Assembly: GCA_036172245.1 (NCBI GenBank)
Contig: JAYWIR010000046.1
Location: forward strand, 1,116,001 to 1,180,000
Source of the DNA: Raillietiella orientalis
Taxonomy: Eukaryota
Reading direction: 5' to 3'
Length of the DNA: 64,000 nucleotides
In this document: positions 37,210 through 48,349 of the stretch, in pieces
Layout of the letters: each line of letters opens with the position of its first letter
Numbering within the stretch: position 1 is the stretch's first letter
Translations under genes and position numbers: made by a program
Notes under the pieces: model-generated
Told to the model about the DNA's origin: nothing
What the model saw: the letters and a program-made list of their open reading frames with translations, nothing else
Database searches by the model: none

Positions 37210-40200
37210 GTTGGCGGAAACGAAGCTGCCGACGGGGGTCGAAACGCATCCTCGGAGCCTCCGTTCCGGAAAACGGACTTCCGAAAGTAGGAATCAAAAT
37301 CGCGAACTTCCCTCCCACCTGCGAACATCAAGGGCGCCTCCCCTTCGCACCCACCAGCCGGAGCTTCACCTTCTTTCTCTCTATCCGGCAACACACCATT
37401 GTCCTGACCGATCCGAGCCGAGAAGCACCTGCATCCGGACCAAGACAAGCGGAAAACGGGCAGCTGCAATTCAGCCTGCGCCTTGAGCACGCAGTGTGCG
37501 CAAAGGCGCAGGACGCGTCCACTGCTTCCTGTACGCGGTGCGAGCCAATTCTCCTGGAGACGGAGCTTCGTCATCCTCTCCGACAATTGCGAAAGGACGC
37601 CCTTGCTGAAGCTAATGTCCGGCGTAGGCGTTCAAGGATTTTTTTTTTTGCTCGACAATTCGGAAACCACGGAACCATCGTGGCCGTCGACGTGCTGCCG
37701 AAAGGAAGCTGAAGGCATGCGGAAAGCTTCGTGTAAGCCGCGAGGGAGCGGGGAAAGCGAGCGCTGGGGGATGCTGCGTCGCAACCCGAGGGAACGGGCA
37801 AATGGGTCTCGGACAGGCGGATGAACACGACGTGGAAAAACGAGAAAAGCCGCTGCTGGCCAACAATCGCGAAACAGCCGATCCAATTGCTGCTGACCTT
37901 TTCCGTTCCCTGAAAGAGAAAAAAAGGTCCCTACGATAAACCAGACAGATTTGGGCTGAAATCAAATGACCAGCGGCGAGGGATGAGGAATGACGAGGAG
38001 CTGCCGCATGCGAATGAAGCCTTTGCATCCGTTTCTCTGCAAGATCTCCAAAGCAACGGGCGGCCATTTCTTAATGTGGGAAAGGTGATCGGCGCGTTTC
38101 GCAAGATCGCAGTGCACGCCCGAAACGGGCAACAGGGAACCGGAAGCAACCCATCGACGCTCTCTTCTTCGAAAAGGACCACCTCCAGTTCTCAACGAGA
38201 TCGCATCGCCCCACCGTGCATGTGGGGCGATGCGATCTCGTTGAGTAACCTCGGAGCGCCGTTCCCCCCTGCGGGCCGCTCGCACGAGTGCTGCTTTCGA
38301 CAGCAGATGGCCCCCCACCCTTGAGGAAATCAGGAAGCGGCATGCGTTGCTAACGGAACACGCGTGTCCCTTGTATCCGGCGTTGATCCGTCCGGACGTT
38401 CACTCAGCCCGTCTCGCCTGCTTGCGGGATGGACGGAGGGCATACGAGCAGGATCACGAGATCCTTCCTTCTGCAGCGACTGCGCTCCCCTAGACCCGTC
38501 CGGACACAGAACGGACTCGCGCGCTTCGCTCACACGGAGGAAGAGGGCGGACGCAACGGTTCTCACCGCGTGCGGCCTCTTCTGTTCGCGCAACCAGCGC
38601 TCTTCCACCCGCTCCGGAAGGCAACCTGCTCGCGTTAACCGCAGCGCCCGCCGCACCAACCGTTCTCCTCCGACTCTCTTCGAGAGGGGACACTTCTTCC
38701 AAGGATAGTTGGCAAGGGAGGAGGAAGCGACGTGCTTTCCACTGCCGCCTCTGCCCGCTCCCCTCGCACGTTTCCTCCCAGCATCGCGCGCCTCTCGCGT
38801 AGGCCACAGCCAGACGGATGGTGCCCGTTCGGCAAGTTCCGTTGCTCTCGCAGGTAGAAGGAAGAAGCGGCCACGGTCGGCGCGCGGGCAAGCCTGCGTG
38901 TGCATCCGCAACGTGAGACGGCGCTGCCAAAGAAAACAAAGAGCTCAGATGCCCGCCGTGCTGGCCTCGTGCTTCAGCGCAGGCGAGGCCATACGAATCT
39001 CCCGCGGAATGTCCGTGCATTCTCCTTGGATGCGTCACGGGCTGCGCGCAGCGTGGAAACCTCCGCTACGGATCGGGACGGATGCGATGGTGAGATGGGG
39101 CGGCCAGTCTCCTCGTGGGCACTCTTGTTCGCTGCCTCGGGTGGGAGTCGCACGCATCCCCGGAGGCGGGGCACGAGCGCTTCCTGTCCTCGCCGAGAGC
39201 GAGAAAGCAACGGGCGCACAGTGGGCAGCCGGTAGCCCATCCTCGAGTACCAGCTGCCCGTTTCTCCTGCAAAATAGGTATCCGCGAAGGGAATGCCCGT
39301 TTCCCGGATATCTCGAGGGCGACGAGCGTTGCGAGGAAGATACTCTGCATGCCACTTCTTTCCAGCGGTCCGAGCGAATCGGCCGATGCGTCGATAATCG
39401 GCAGGCGCGACCGTGCGAGCGCGCAGCGCATGCGCGCGGCTTGCAAGGAGCCAGGACCGAAACGGACGCGCAAGAGTCTGCGGGAGGGATTCCCCCGTGC
39501 TTCCACGCTCGCTGCATACCTGTAGGCACGCACTCATCCCGAGCCCATCTCGCTGTAAGGGCCTCCTCCACACGCTGCCTCCCAGGCAACCGCGGAGGAT
39601 TTCAATGCGGCCTACGATTTTGCGCAGAAACCCACCTAGGGAGGCGGACTCTCAACGTGCAAGGCGAGCACAGGCCTCGCAAAGCACAAGGTTCCTCCGT
39701 GCGTAGGTGGCAGGATGACCCTCCATCGCACTCAGCAGCTCCCGGGAGATGAACTTTTCGTGGACCCCACTGCATGGTCCGACGCAAGCTCAGGAGCAGT
39801 CGGGAGCAGAGGAGAGTCCCCGACTGGAGGGACCGGTCCTCTACCAACGTTCGCCCGTGTCCCTCGAAACCCTCCTTCCTTGATTCCGCGCAGCGCGCTT
39901 GCGGTCCCAGGCTGCCGACATCCTTGCACGACCGGGACCACCATCGCCTGCAGCCGAGCGGAATGCTCCAGGCGGAGGCAGTCGCATCGACTCTTTGCAG
40001 CCGCGAGGGCTCTCCTGCTTCGCGCACACCCGACCTGTTCACCCCGCTCCGCAACGCGCGACCTGCTGCTTGCATTCCGCTGCCACGCGGCACCGCACGG
40101 ACGCCAGCGTACCCACGAATGGCGTGCGCCTATTCAAAGGCGGAGGCACGCCACACCGTGGTCCACGCTCCTCAACCGCCATCGCGCAGACTTCCTCCGC

Positions 40201-40600
40201 CTCGGCAGCAGCCTCTCGCGTAGGCGCGTACCCATTGACCGGGCGTGGAGACGCTCCGGGCACTTCCGTCCTGCAATCCCTCTTCCGGAATCCTCTGGCC
40301 TTTGCGTGCCGAGATGGCTGAGGCGGCATCACTGGATCTTCCGCCTGCATCCCAAACTTCTCTCCATGCAGAGATGGCCGCAGCACCAGGACGAGGACGT
40401 CTTCCGCGCAAGCGGAAGCGGGAAGACGTTGGCAGCGTCAAGAAAGGCAGCGGACGAGACGGCCGGCAGCCTCATGCAGACCGCGGCGGCAGTCCGAACG
40501 CCGCGAACGACGTTCCTCTTGCGGCAGCGGCGGGAAGAGGAAGAGGGTGCCGTGGGAGCTTTCGCATCCAGGTTGCCGTTGCGCATGAAGCCCCAGCAAC
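37210..40600 (+). mobile_element. Near full-length decayed CR1/L2-like LINE ORF2
   Basis: ANIKG and TIVLTD (EN N-terminus); PIDALFF (~ID.IF); LASCFS (~LN.YF.S); ARGLQGAR (~HGF..GR); GGTGPL; QAADI at the YADD position; HPKLLSMQRWPQH (~RP.LEY...W.PH). May be more than one nested fragment. Confidence 0.5.
38191..38245. repeat. Perfect inverted repeat (24-bp arms, 7-nt loop)
   Basis: ctcaacgagatcgcatcgccccac (38191-38214) cgtgcat gtggggcgatgcgatctcgttgag (38222-38245), an exact reverse complement. Confidence 0.95.
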
Positions 40601-40949
40601 CACCCTCGTGCGCCCGCAGAGCGATCTGGCGCCGCACGCCGGATTCCCGAGCTCGCAGTCAGTCCACATTGCGGTCTTCCTCCCATTCTTGTGCGGGATC
40701 CGCGTGCGCGTCCTCTTCTCCAGGGGAGTCCCAATCGCGCTTCCTCGAGCACCATCTCCGTGTCTTTCGCTTTGCTCGCTCGCAGGTGCCACGCTTTCCA
40801 AGCGCGTCGCCAGGCACCCTGAGAAGGCAGCGGGGACTGGGCGTAGGTTTTTCGCTGCGGCCGTGCAGGCATTCCTCCCATCCGGGCATGGGGACACAGC
40901 CAAGCGCATCCAGGATTCGGAAGATTCCGCGAAGCGAGGGTCCCGGCGC

Positions 40950-41650
40950 TGTGAGGGAGCAGCTCCACGTCGCACCCCGCAGCCCAGAGATGCGCGCCAC
41001 GGACGCACCGGGCCGACTCGGTCTTGTCCTTCTGGAGCATCGTCCCCTCATCAGCTTCTGGTTCTTCTCCCAGCGCCCACCCTCACCCTCTTCCGAGAGA
41101 ATTTCTTCCTGCAGACCGAGAAAAGTGGAGAGGGGGTGGAGGGTGGGGGGTGGAGCCCGGAAATAATGCCAATTGGGGTGGGGGGTGGAGCCCGTTTCGT
41201 CGTCCGCGCAGCGAGGATCGGCGCATGTCCGCGCCCCTCCGCGCGAGGCAGATGCGGATGGGAGATCAAGGAGCAGAGATTGAATTTCGCTCCTCACCCG
41301 CTGCAGTTGGAAGCGAGCAAACAAAGGATTTCGGGGGCGGAATTCCCGCCTCGCAGCACCCAGCATCGCTACCTTATTGCACAAAGTGCATCCCTGACTT
41401 CCCGGAAGGAAAAAAAAGTCGCCCTTTGAGGATTTGCACGATTCATTTCCCCCTTTTTCGCAACCCACTTCGCCGGTTTTCTTGCTGCATATCAGCAGAC
41501 CGGGAGGCGCTGTTAATCCCGGAGGTATCCGGGCAGGCTGCGATCCCGTGCAGTGGGCTCCAGCTTTGGACCGTGTTTTCATGCGTCTCCCGCGCCGTCC
41601 GCTCAGGGGTTCACGCTCGCCGCCGGTCCTGAAGCCACCGCGCCCGTAGC
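40950..41650 (+). mobile_element. Decayed CR1/L2-like LINE fragment (RT C-terminal part)
   Basis: CPSGAS (~VPQGS); LPADREK (~FADDTK); W....RLNFAP (~W...L.FN); TKDFGG (~KDLGV). Confidence 0.45.
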
Positions 41651-41719
41651 AGGGTAGAGTCCCCCTTCCGCAGTGGAGTGGGTCCCTTGGAAAGGGCACA
41701 ACCCCGGTTGCTGGCATAC

Positions 41720-44700
41720 CGACCGTCGGGATGGACTGCACCTGCACCTGCCACAAGAGAGACAAATTGAGAAGCAGCGCCTCGCCCTCCCCCCTTCCCC
41801 GCCCTTCCCTTGCAGCTCCCCGGGTACGCTTTCTCCCGCATTCCTCGCATGATGCAGCTGACACTTTCGCGACGCGTTCCTGGCATTTCAGCAGCCGCCG
41901 GCGAGCGGGAGCGGCGCGCAGCATCCTGAGTGCGAGCCACGCGAGGCGCTTCCGCTGGCGAAGGGGGAGCGCACCTCGCCCGGGAGCGGGGAGGAGGCGA
42001 CCTCCGGCAAACGGACAGGGACGCAAACGCACGGAGGAGGAGCGGGAGAGGAAGGCGGCGCGCGCTCGCATCTCGGCGCTGGACCGATTCGCCAGGGAAA
42101 ACAGGCGCGTCGCCGGCGCAGCGCCCCTTCTCGCGTGCATCTCGGCGATCGTGCGGAGCGAGGCTCACAGCGACGGCGAGCAGCGAGAAGGGATGGCCGC
42201 AAGGACGAGGAGGCTCCGACCTCCGCCTGCAAACCCGCGCGGTACTAGGGAAACGGCGAGGCGCGCTGCGAAGACGCCGCGCCCTTCCAGCGCGCGGCAG
42301 TCCTTCTGCCCGGACGCGCGTGCGACCCGCGTCATCTGAGTCGTTCCCCGACGGTGGGTTCGTCCTTTCTGGAAGGTCACCTCGTCTCCGTACCCTCCGG
42401 AAGAGATCGCCACGTCCAAGCGGGCAGCCGCGCGTCGCGACGGCAACGCATGTCTCCCGCGCCTTGCGACCACTCCCTGCCTCTCGCCGCACGCGAGCGA
42501 CTCCGTCGACGGAAGCGCCGCACACAGTGCCCCACGGACGAGGCGACAGCGCCTCGAGTGAGACCCAGGAACGACCCGCGGGAAGAAGAAGCGGGGGTTC
42601 GCACGCTGGCGCCGCCGCTTGCGACTCGCCTGAGAGCGGGGATGCGTGCGCGCCCTCCCGGCGCGACGTGCTTCCGGGTCCCCTGCTCGTCCCTTGCGGG
42701 AGCGGGAACGAAGGAGCGCCCTCGCCGCCGCGGGCGCTTCCCTTCGCAGAGGGGGACTGCTGCCGCGGTTGCGGTTTTCGTCTTGTACGTCCGGCGCCAC
42801 CCCAAATTTCTCCTCCTTCCTGCGGCGGTGCAAGTCTCGGAAAAGTCCCAATCCCCACGGGAGCAGCCTTGGGGAACATGGATCCTTCTTATCCCCACGG
42901 CGCTGTCCTCAGAGGAGCCCTCCAGAGAGGTCTCCTGATCGCCCAGCCGTTCTTCCCGGGCGTTCCTTCGCGCGACCGCCCGCGAGCAGGGAAGACACCC
43001 AGCCACGCAAGGGGGACAGTTGGACCCACAACCAATCGAGCGGCCACGCAAGGTCCACTCCTCGGAGGGACTTCCCGCGATGATGGGTCGGGTGCTCCCC
43101 GTCCGGAGCAGCAGCGCATCCTGGGCGGACGCGGCGCTTCGCTCCCTCCCCCAGAGCTGCTGCTCGACAGCTCCCGGCGGAGAGAGCGACGCCCATCGGG
43201 GAATTCCAATTCGCGGGCACCCGCTTGCTCATCGCGTTTCGCTCGCCGCATTCCCCCTTTCGCTGCGTTCCCTGCGATCCTGGCGCTCTTCGCCGACGCA
43301 GCTCCCGCCCGCGCGGCGGTCGCCTCTCCCCCCGCGCCAATTCCTGCTGCGGATGCGCCCCTCGAGCATCCCGGAGGCGGGAAAAAGTCGTGTTCGCTTG
43401 GCGTGCGTGATCTCCAGGCTGACGCAGAGAGGCAAGCGAGGGGTGCTGTGATCGCGGCGGCGCTGACAGGCGCTCCTGGTGCGCGGCAACTCCAGCGCGC
43501 CTCCCCGTCCCTACGCAAATCTGGCGCTCTTTCATGTCTGGTGACTTGGCGGCGCAGCGAGGGCTCCTGGCGCACCAGAAGTGTCATCGCTCACCGCCGT
43601 GACGCCGATGGTGCTCGTGGGTTTCGGTCCCGCTTCTTGTGCAGCCACGCGTTCCTGACTTGGAACCGCAGGCTGGTCCGGGAAACTCCGGTGAAGACTC
43701 CGACGTGCTAATGGACCGTAGAGCGATGAGTGTATGAGGGGGTCCCAGTGCGGTCCGAAGCGCGCCGCGGCGACTGTTTTCATCTGGACAGGGGCCGCTC
43801 CTCGGAAAGAAAGGAGGCACGTCCGAAAAAGTGGGAGACCGGAGCGACGTCGACCTGTCCTCTCGAATTCCCCGCAAGGCGCTATCGGGTTTCTCTAGGG
43901 AGCGCCGACATCGATGCAGGTGGCGCTGAAAGTGGAGCCTGCAATCAGTCACCCAGAGGGGCGGAGCCGTTCACGCCCAGGGAGCGCTCGCCGGGGACGG
44001 CGAGTCCCGTGCGAGCAGGCAGAGCTGCATCCGACCTCCCCCTGGAGGAATCGAGGCTCCGTAGGACCGCGCGACACCTTCGGCCGCCCGCCACGCCCTT
44101 CCTGCCGCTTCCTTTTCTTCGGCCTCCATTCGTCTCCGCTTCCCGAGAGCCGCCCCGCCCCGTCCCGGACTCCAAGGGCATGGGGGAGGCTCGATAGGGC
44201 TGTGGCTTTCCAATAAGTCCCCCCTTTGACAAGCATGCGAGATGCGCAGGGGGCGCGCGGCCCGAAACCGGCTTTCCCAGTTTTCGGTCTCGCAGGCGTG
44301 GCCCCGATGACCGTGCGAAGCCCCTCAGCGTCATCTGGTGGGCCAACTGGGCACCCGCAGCGCGTCGATCCTTTAGCCGGCACCCGCGGCGCCCGGTGTC
44401 GCGCGCGCGCTGCGGTCGCGGCGCCCACCCACGCAAGTAGTCACCCGGATCGCTTTGCTCGGGTGCCTCCGGTAAGCGAAGGACCCTGTGAGCGCATCCC
44501 GTCTACGAGGCACCACCGGGTGGCCCTCTCCGTCCTCTGCTCCGGCTGGGAAGAGGGAACCAACCGCACGTCCCCGCTCATCCTAAAGATGGACGTGTGT
44601 CCAGGAACCAGGAGCCTCCCGAGCCACCATTCTCGTCGCCTTATCGAGCCCCCCTCGGACTTGCGCCCAGCCCGACCGGTGGTGCCGGCTCTCTGGATGA

Positions 44701-44900
44701 AAGTGGGCTGCAGCGTCGAAGGGAGTGTCCCGGCGTCCTTTCTGGCACGGTTTGTTTTCGATGCCGTTCCGCAGTGCTTTTCGCGGTTGCCGCCCGTTGT
44801 CGGCTACCGCGGCGCTTGGGTGGAGGCCAAGAGACGAGGCGGTGCAGGCTGATGGCAATGGGCTGACCTTCCTCCTCCGACCTTTCTCTTGACCTCCGAT
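41720..44900 (+). mobile_element. Decayed L1/Tx1-like LINE ORF2 (EN end, RT, C-terminal Cys/His region)
   Basis: SWHFSS (~WKFN.S); KSPNPHG (42841-42861, ~KSPGPDG); RKVHSSEGLPAMMGRVLP (~YKI.SK.L..RL..VLP); HRVSLAAF (~DRVSW.F); RVRLACVISRL (43389-43421, ~GVRQGCPLSPL); KSGALSCL (~FG..SGL); EPPSDL...PVVPALWMKV (about 44645-44705, ~ET..HL..CP.V..LW..V). Confidence 0.7.
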
Positions 44901-45749
44901 TCCACCGCGACCTGGTGCAGAGTGCGTTTGCGGGCTCGTCGTTGCGGATTTTCCCTGGGGAGCTGGATTGCTCGGCGACCCAGGGTCATCCCTGTGACGA
45001 GCGTGCCGGGAGTGCCCGCGGCCCGGACGCGAGTCTGAGGCCCCAGGTGCATGCGGTCCGTGCGTGACCGCTGCTGTCGGTGGGTGCCGGGCGCCCACCT
45101 TTCTCCTGGATAATCAGCGTCCTCGCCCGGTGGCGCCGGAACGTTTTTTCTTTTTATTCACGCGAAAGGGAAGCAGACTGGGAAATGGGTGGGAGGAAGT
45201 GCGCGTCCCACCCAGTCCGAACATCCACTGGGGGGCGTCGATGAGGTCCCACGACATCACGCAGAGGTCGAGGGACTGGAAGAAAAAAGAAAACATGAAA
45301 GGGAAATTTTTCGGAAAAACTGAACCGGGGGAGGAGGGGGGGAGAAAGGTCGCATCCCGCTGTCTGCGATCCTGTGCACCCTTTGCGGTATGCCGGCGAG
45401 CTCCTCTCGGTAGCCGCTCAGAAAAGCGGATGGAGAAGAGGATGGCTCCTCTATCGTGTCGTCGACTCTCGGAGCCGTTTTTGGACAGACTGCGCGCAGA
45501 CAGCACGGCGCCGCAAAGGCGGCAGCTGCGGACTTGCGGGGACTCCGCGCGCGCAAAGAGGTTCCTCGCGCAGCTTTCCGGGTCGTTCGCGGGGGAAGGG
45601 GGCGACTCAGGGGAACGTTCCCGTTGTGCCTGCAGGGGAGCACGTGCCACTAGCAGGTCGGGGAAAGCGTCCTTCTCTCCGCAGCTGGAGCAGGCGGGAC
45701 CGGTGCTCCCTCTCGTCCGGTGTTGGCCGGCCGCGCTGCACGCGAGTTC

Positions 45750-47130
45750 AAGACGTCAGCAGCGCCGGCCGCTGCCATCGGAGGGAGAGGCGAGAGCTGC
45801 TCGACGTCGCCGATGGGGTGCCGAAGCGTTGATCCCAGAGAAGAAGTCCTCTGGGAAGGGTCAAGGTTGTTGCGGCGTGAGGTCGCCGACTCGCAGTCCG
45901 GCTACTTGGGGGTTTCCTGCTACCCGATATCTCGCAGGGAAACTCCCGCTTAGCCGGTAGGAGGTGCCGTGAATCTCGAAGGCGGAGGGCGCGTCTACGT
46001 CTCTGGTGGCTGACGGACTTCACAGCCCACCGCCTCCGCGGTTCTTCCGACATTCCGGATGTGTTACCGGCAGTTCGTGGCTTCTCTTGCGGGACTCGTC
46101 CTCCCGGCCCACGTTGGAACGGTCTCCTGGCTCCAGGCATTTGTTTTTGCGGGGCAACAGAAGATCCATGAATGTGCTTTTTGCAGGGTGGCCACTTGCC
46201 GGAGAGGGAGCCGTAGACGTTCAGGAGGTTGCGTTAGAAAGCTGGGTTGCTGGTTTTCCGCAGGCGGCCGCGGCCCGGGCGATCAGACGTGTCGGGACGC
46301 ACCCGGTGGAGTGGATGGTCTAGTACTAGGCTGGCAGGGTCAGTCTCTTGAAATCAAGCTGAAGGTCTGTTCTCTCCAGCGTGGAAACCTCCGTCCCGCC
46401 GCGGAGGCTGGCGCTGCGGAGGCTGGGAGCCGGCTGGTGGCCGAGGAAAAGCTCTCGCTCTGTGCCATTCTTTTCCGCGAGTCGAAAAGAGGGATGCGCC
46501 GAAAAGAACGCGATGGCATCCCAGAAGTGCTGCCTACGATCTGCTTCCGTGGTCGCGCGTGGACATGCATTTCCTTCTCGGAACTTTGCTGGCTGCCACA
46601 CTCTTCCAAGATTCCGTGTATCATCCGCCACGTACTGTGAAGTGGAGGAGGGCAGTGGTCTGATGTAGTTATGAGATGTCTCCACGAAAGCATTGGGGCC
46701 CGTATGCTGAAGAATGGTTTTCATAATCTGACAGCTGCTTTGTCTGAGGTAATTCGTTGCTGCTACCCAGTGCGTGTTTTGAATATCAGCGTTGTCGGTT
46801 GATGTGGTTTCGCTGTCGTCTGGATATGCACTCTGAACGGTGATGGCGCATCATTATTGCTCGTGAATGAGTTGAGAATTTATTTCTGAAACATTCTGAA
46901 TACCAGATATTCCATTTTTCCATATTTGATTTTTTGAAAATTTGATTATTGCTGTTGTCGACGCAACCGATTGTTCTCTTGCATTTCCCGCTCTTCTTTC
47001 CTTTAAGGGACCTACAATCTTTTCTGGAACCACTGCTCAACGACCTAGTTGCTCTTCGCACTAACTTTATGTGCAGACGAACTTTATGTTGCACATAGGA
47101 AGGGAACAGTACATAAGTTGAGTACATCTT
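45750..47130 (-). mobile_element. Decayed CR1-like LINE (RT to ORF2 end) straddling the right edge of the GC domain
   Basis: SLSSG; ECFRNKFST (~GFR...ST); NYLRQ; TGPNAF...QYVADDTRNL (ADD at 46628-46620, the clearest catalytic motif in the window); ERTDL (~EKDL); LLNVYGSL; GMSEEPRRR...HQRRRR (~L.YEERL...RR.R). Confidence 0.8.
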
Positions 47131-48349
47131 TTTCGTTTTGAGAAAGGCAGATTATAAACGAATGTTTCGAGGATGCAATTTGTTCTGATTCTCTTCGTGA
47201 CAACAAATAACGAGAGTCTCCGTCGAGTCGTTTCTTTTTTGTTTTTTTCTACATGAATTGAGAGCTGCCACTCTTAAACCCTATAAAATTAGTTTTTTCT
47301 TCCGAATGATAAAAATGAGCGTTTGAACGGATGCGCTTCTAATCACAATTAAAAAACCAGGGTGAGATTTGCGGGGTAATTTGTGGTGATCTTCATTAAT
47401 CAATATTTGTTAGCAAAATGGTTCCTTTTTGTGATTTTTCAGGTTTCGAACGGATCCTTCGAGGGTTTCCTTTAGGATGCTGTTCGATCTGCGTTAGGTG
47501 TACTTTGGACAGCTGTTCCGAACTGTATCGCTTGCGATGCGAGCTATGTGGTCCACTTTGTTTTAAGACAAAAAAATCTTCGTTTTCTCACAAAAAGCTG
47601 GTTTCTTGAAAAATAAACCAGCTCTCAAGATTTTGAACTTTTCTTATTTTTCTTGAATTTGGAGGGTTAAATTCTGGAAGATGCTTTCGTACTTTGATGA
47701 CCGGTTGGATTGCAGCTTGATCCTCCAAAGCAAGTTATTTTCCAAAACTGAGAAGCTATTTCAGTCATTAAACATCAGGATCAAGCTTCTGAGTGATATA
47801 AGGGAGAATCAATTATCTCGAGTGAAGGATCAGGAATTGAGGATCGGAGGAAAAATTTTCTCATTCTGTTGTTCCACTGTGATTATTTGATTTGTTGACC
47901 ATTTCAGGTTCAGCTTAACTTCACTAATAATGATTTTTATGATTTAAGAGGAACCATATCTCCAACATTCTTAAAGACAATCTGCACTATCCGTTATTTC
48001 TTTTCGGTGCTTAGGTATATGAGAATATTTTTGCTCTAGCTCAGTTTTCCGAACACATGGGAAATCCAATTTCTTGAAGAACGGTGGTCAAAGCAAAAGT
48101 TTACAACTTTGGTAAGTCCATGTCAAAGTGGGATTCAGTTCCAAGAACGAGAAGACAAATCATGACAAGGGGACAGTTTTCATAGTGCTCAAGGTGTAAA
48201 GGAGAGTGCAGGTTTTTCAAGAAAGATGACTTGAGACGTTTTCTCATTTTGTTTATTCATTTTGTTCCCTTTGTTTGTGGAGCTGTGCAGTAATACGTCT
48301 TCTTAACCGGTTCAAGTTTTCAATAAACCTAGGAAGGCTTCTCAAGAGA

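Larger units (their letters stand above)
10800..46800. other. ~36 kb GC-elevated domain made of decayed LINE fossils
   Basis: Hand counts inside: 46/60 GC (lines 13501, 46381), 44/60 (21961), 43/60 (42061). Flank counts: 16/60 (5521), 18/60 (46861), 15/60 (50041). Edges are ramps of about 0.5-1 kb. I found no terminal repeats or target-site duplication. Confidence 0.9.

Noticed and set aside
35261..43711. Long ORFs (412, 483, 394, 493, 422, 593 aa) as real genes
   Set aside because: They overlap on both strands, are dominated by R/P/A/G/S, and only pass through short LINE motifs before shifting frame. This is expected from stop-codon scarcity at about 65-70% GC.
10800..46800. Endogenous giant virus, herpes-like or Polinton insertion, or bacterial HGT/contaminant
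   Set aside because: No capsid, polymerase B, packaging ATPase, terminase or bacterial gene was recognised, there is no gene-dense ORF tiling and no terminal repeats. Recognisable motifs are all LINE ORF2 and one element crosses the boundary. Not formally excluded without a database search.
10800..46800. Mirror strand skew at the two edges (A/C-rich left, G/T-rich right) as a sign of strand-asymmetric mutagenesis
   Set aside because: Confounded: the edge LINEs are on opposite strands, and LINE sense strands are natively A-rich. It needs consensus-polarised counts.
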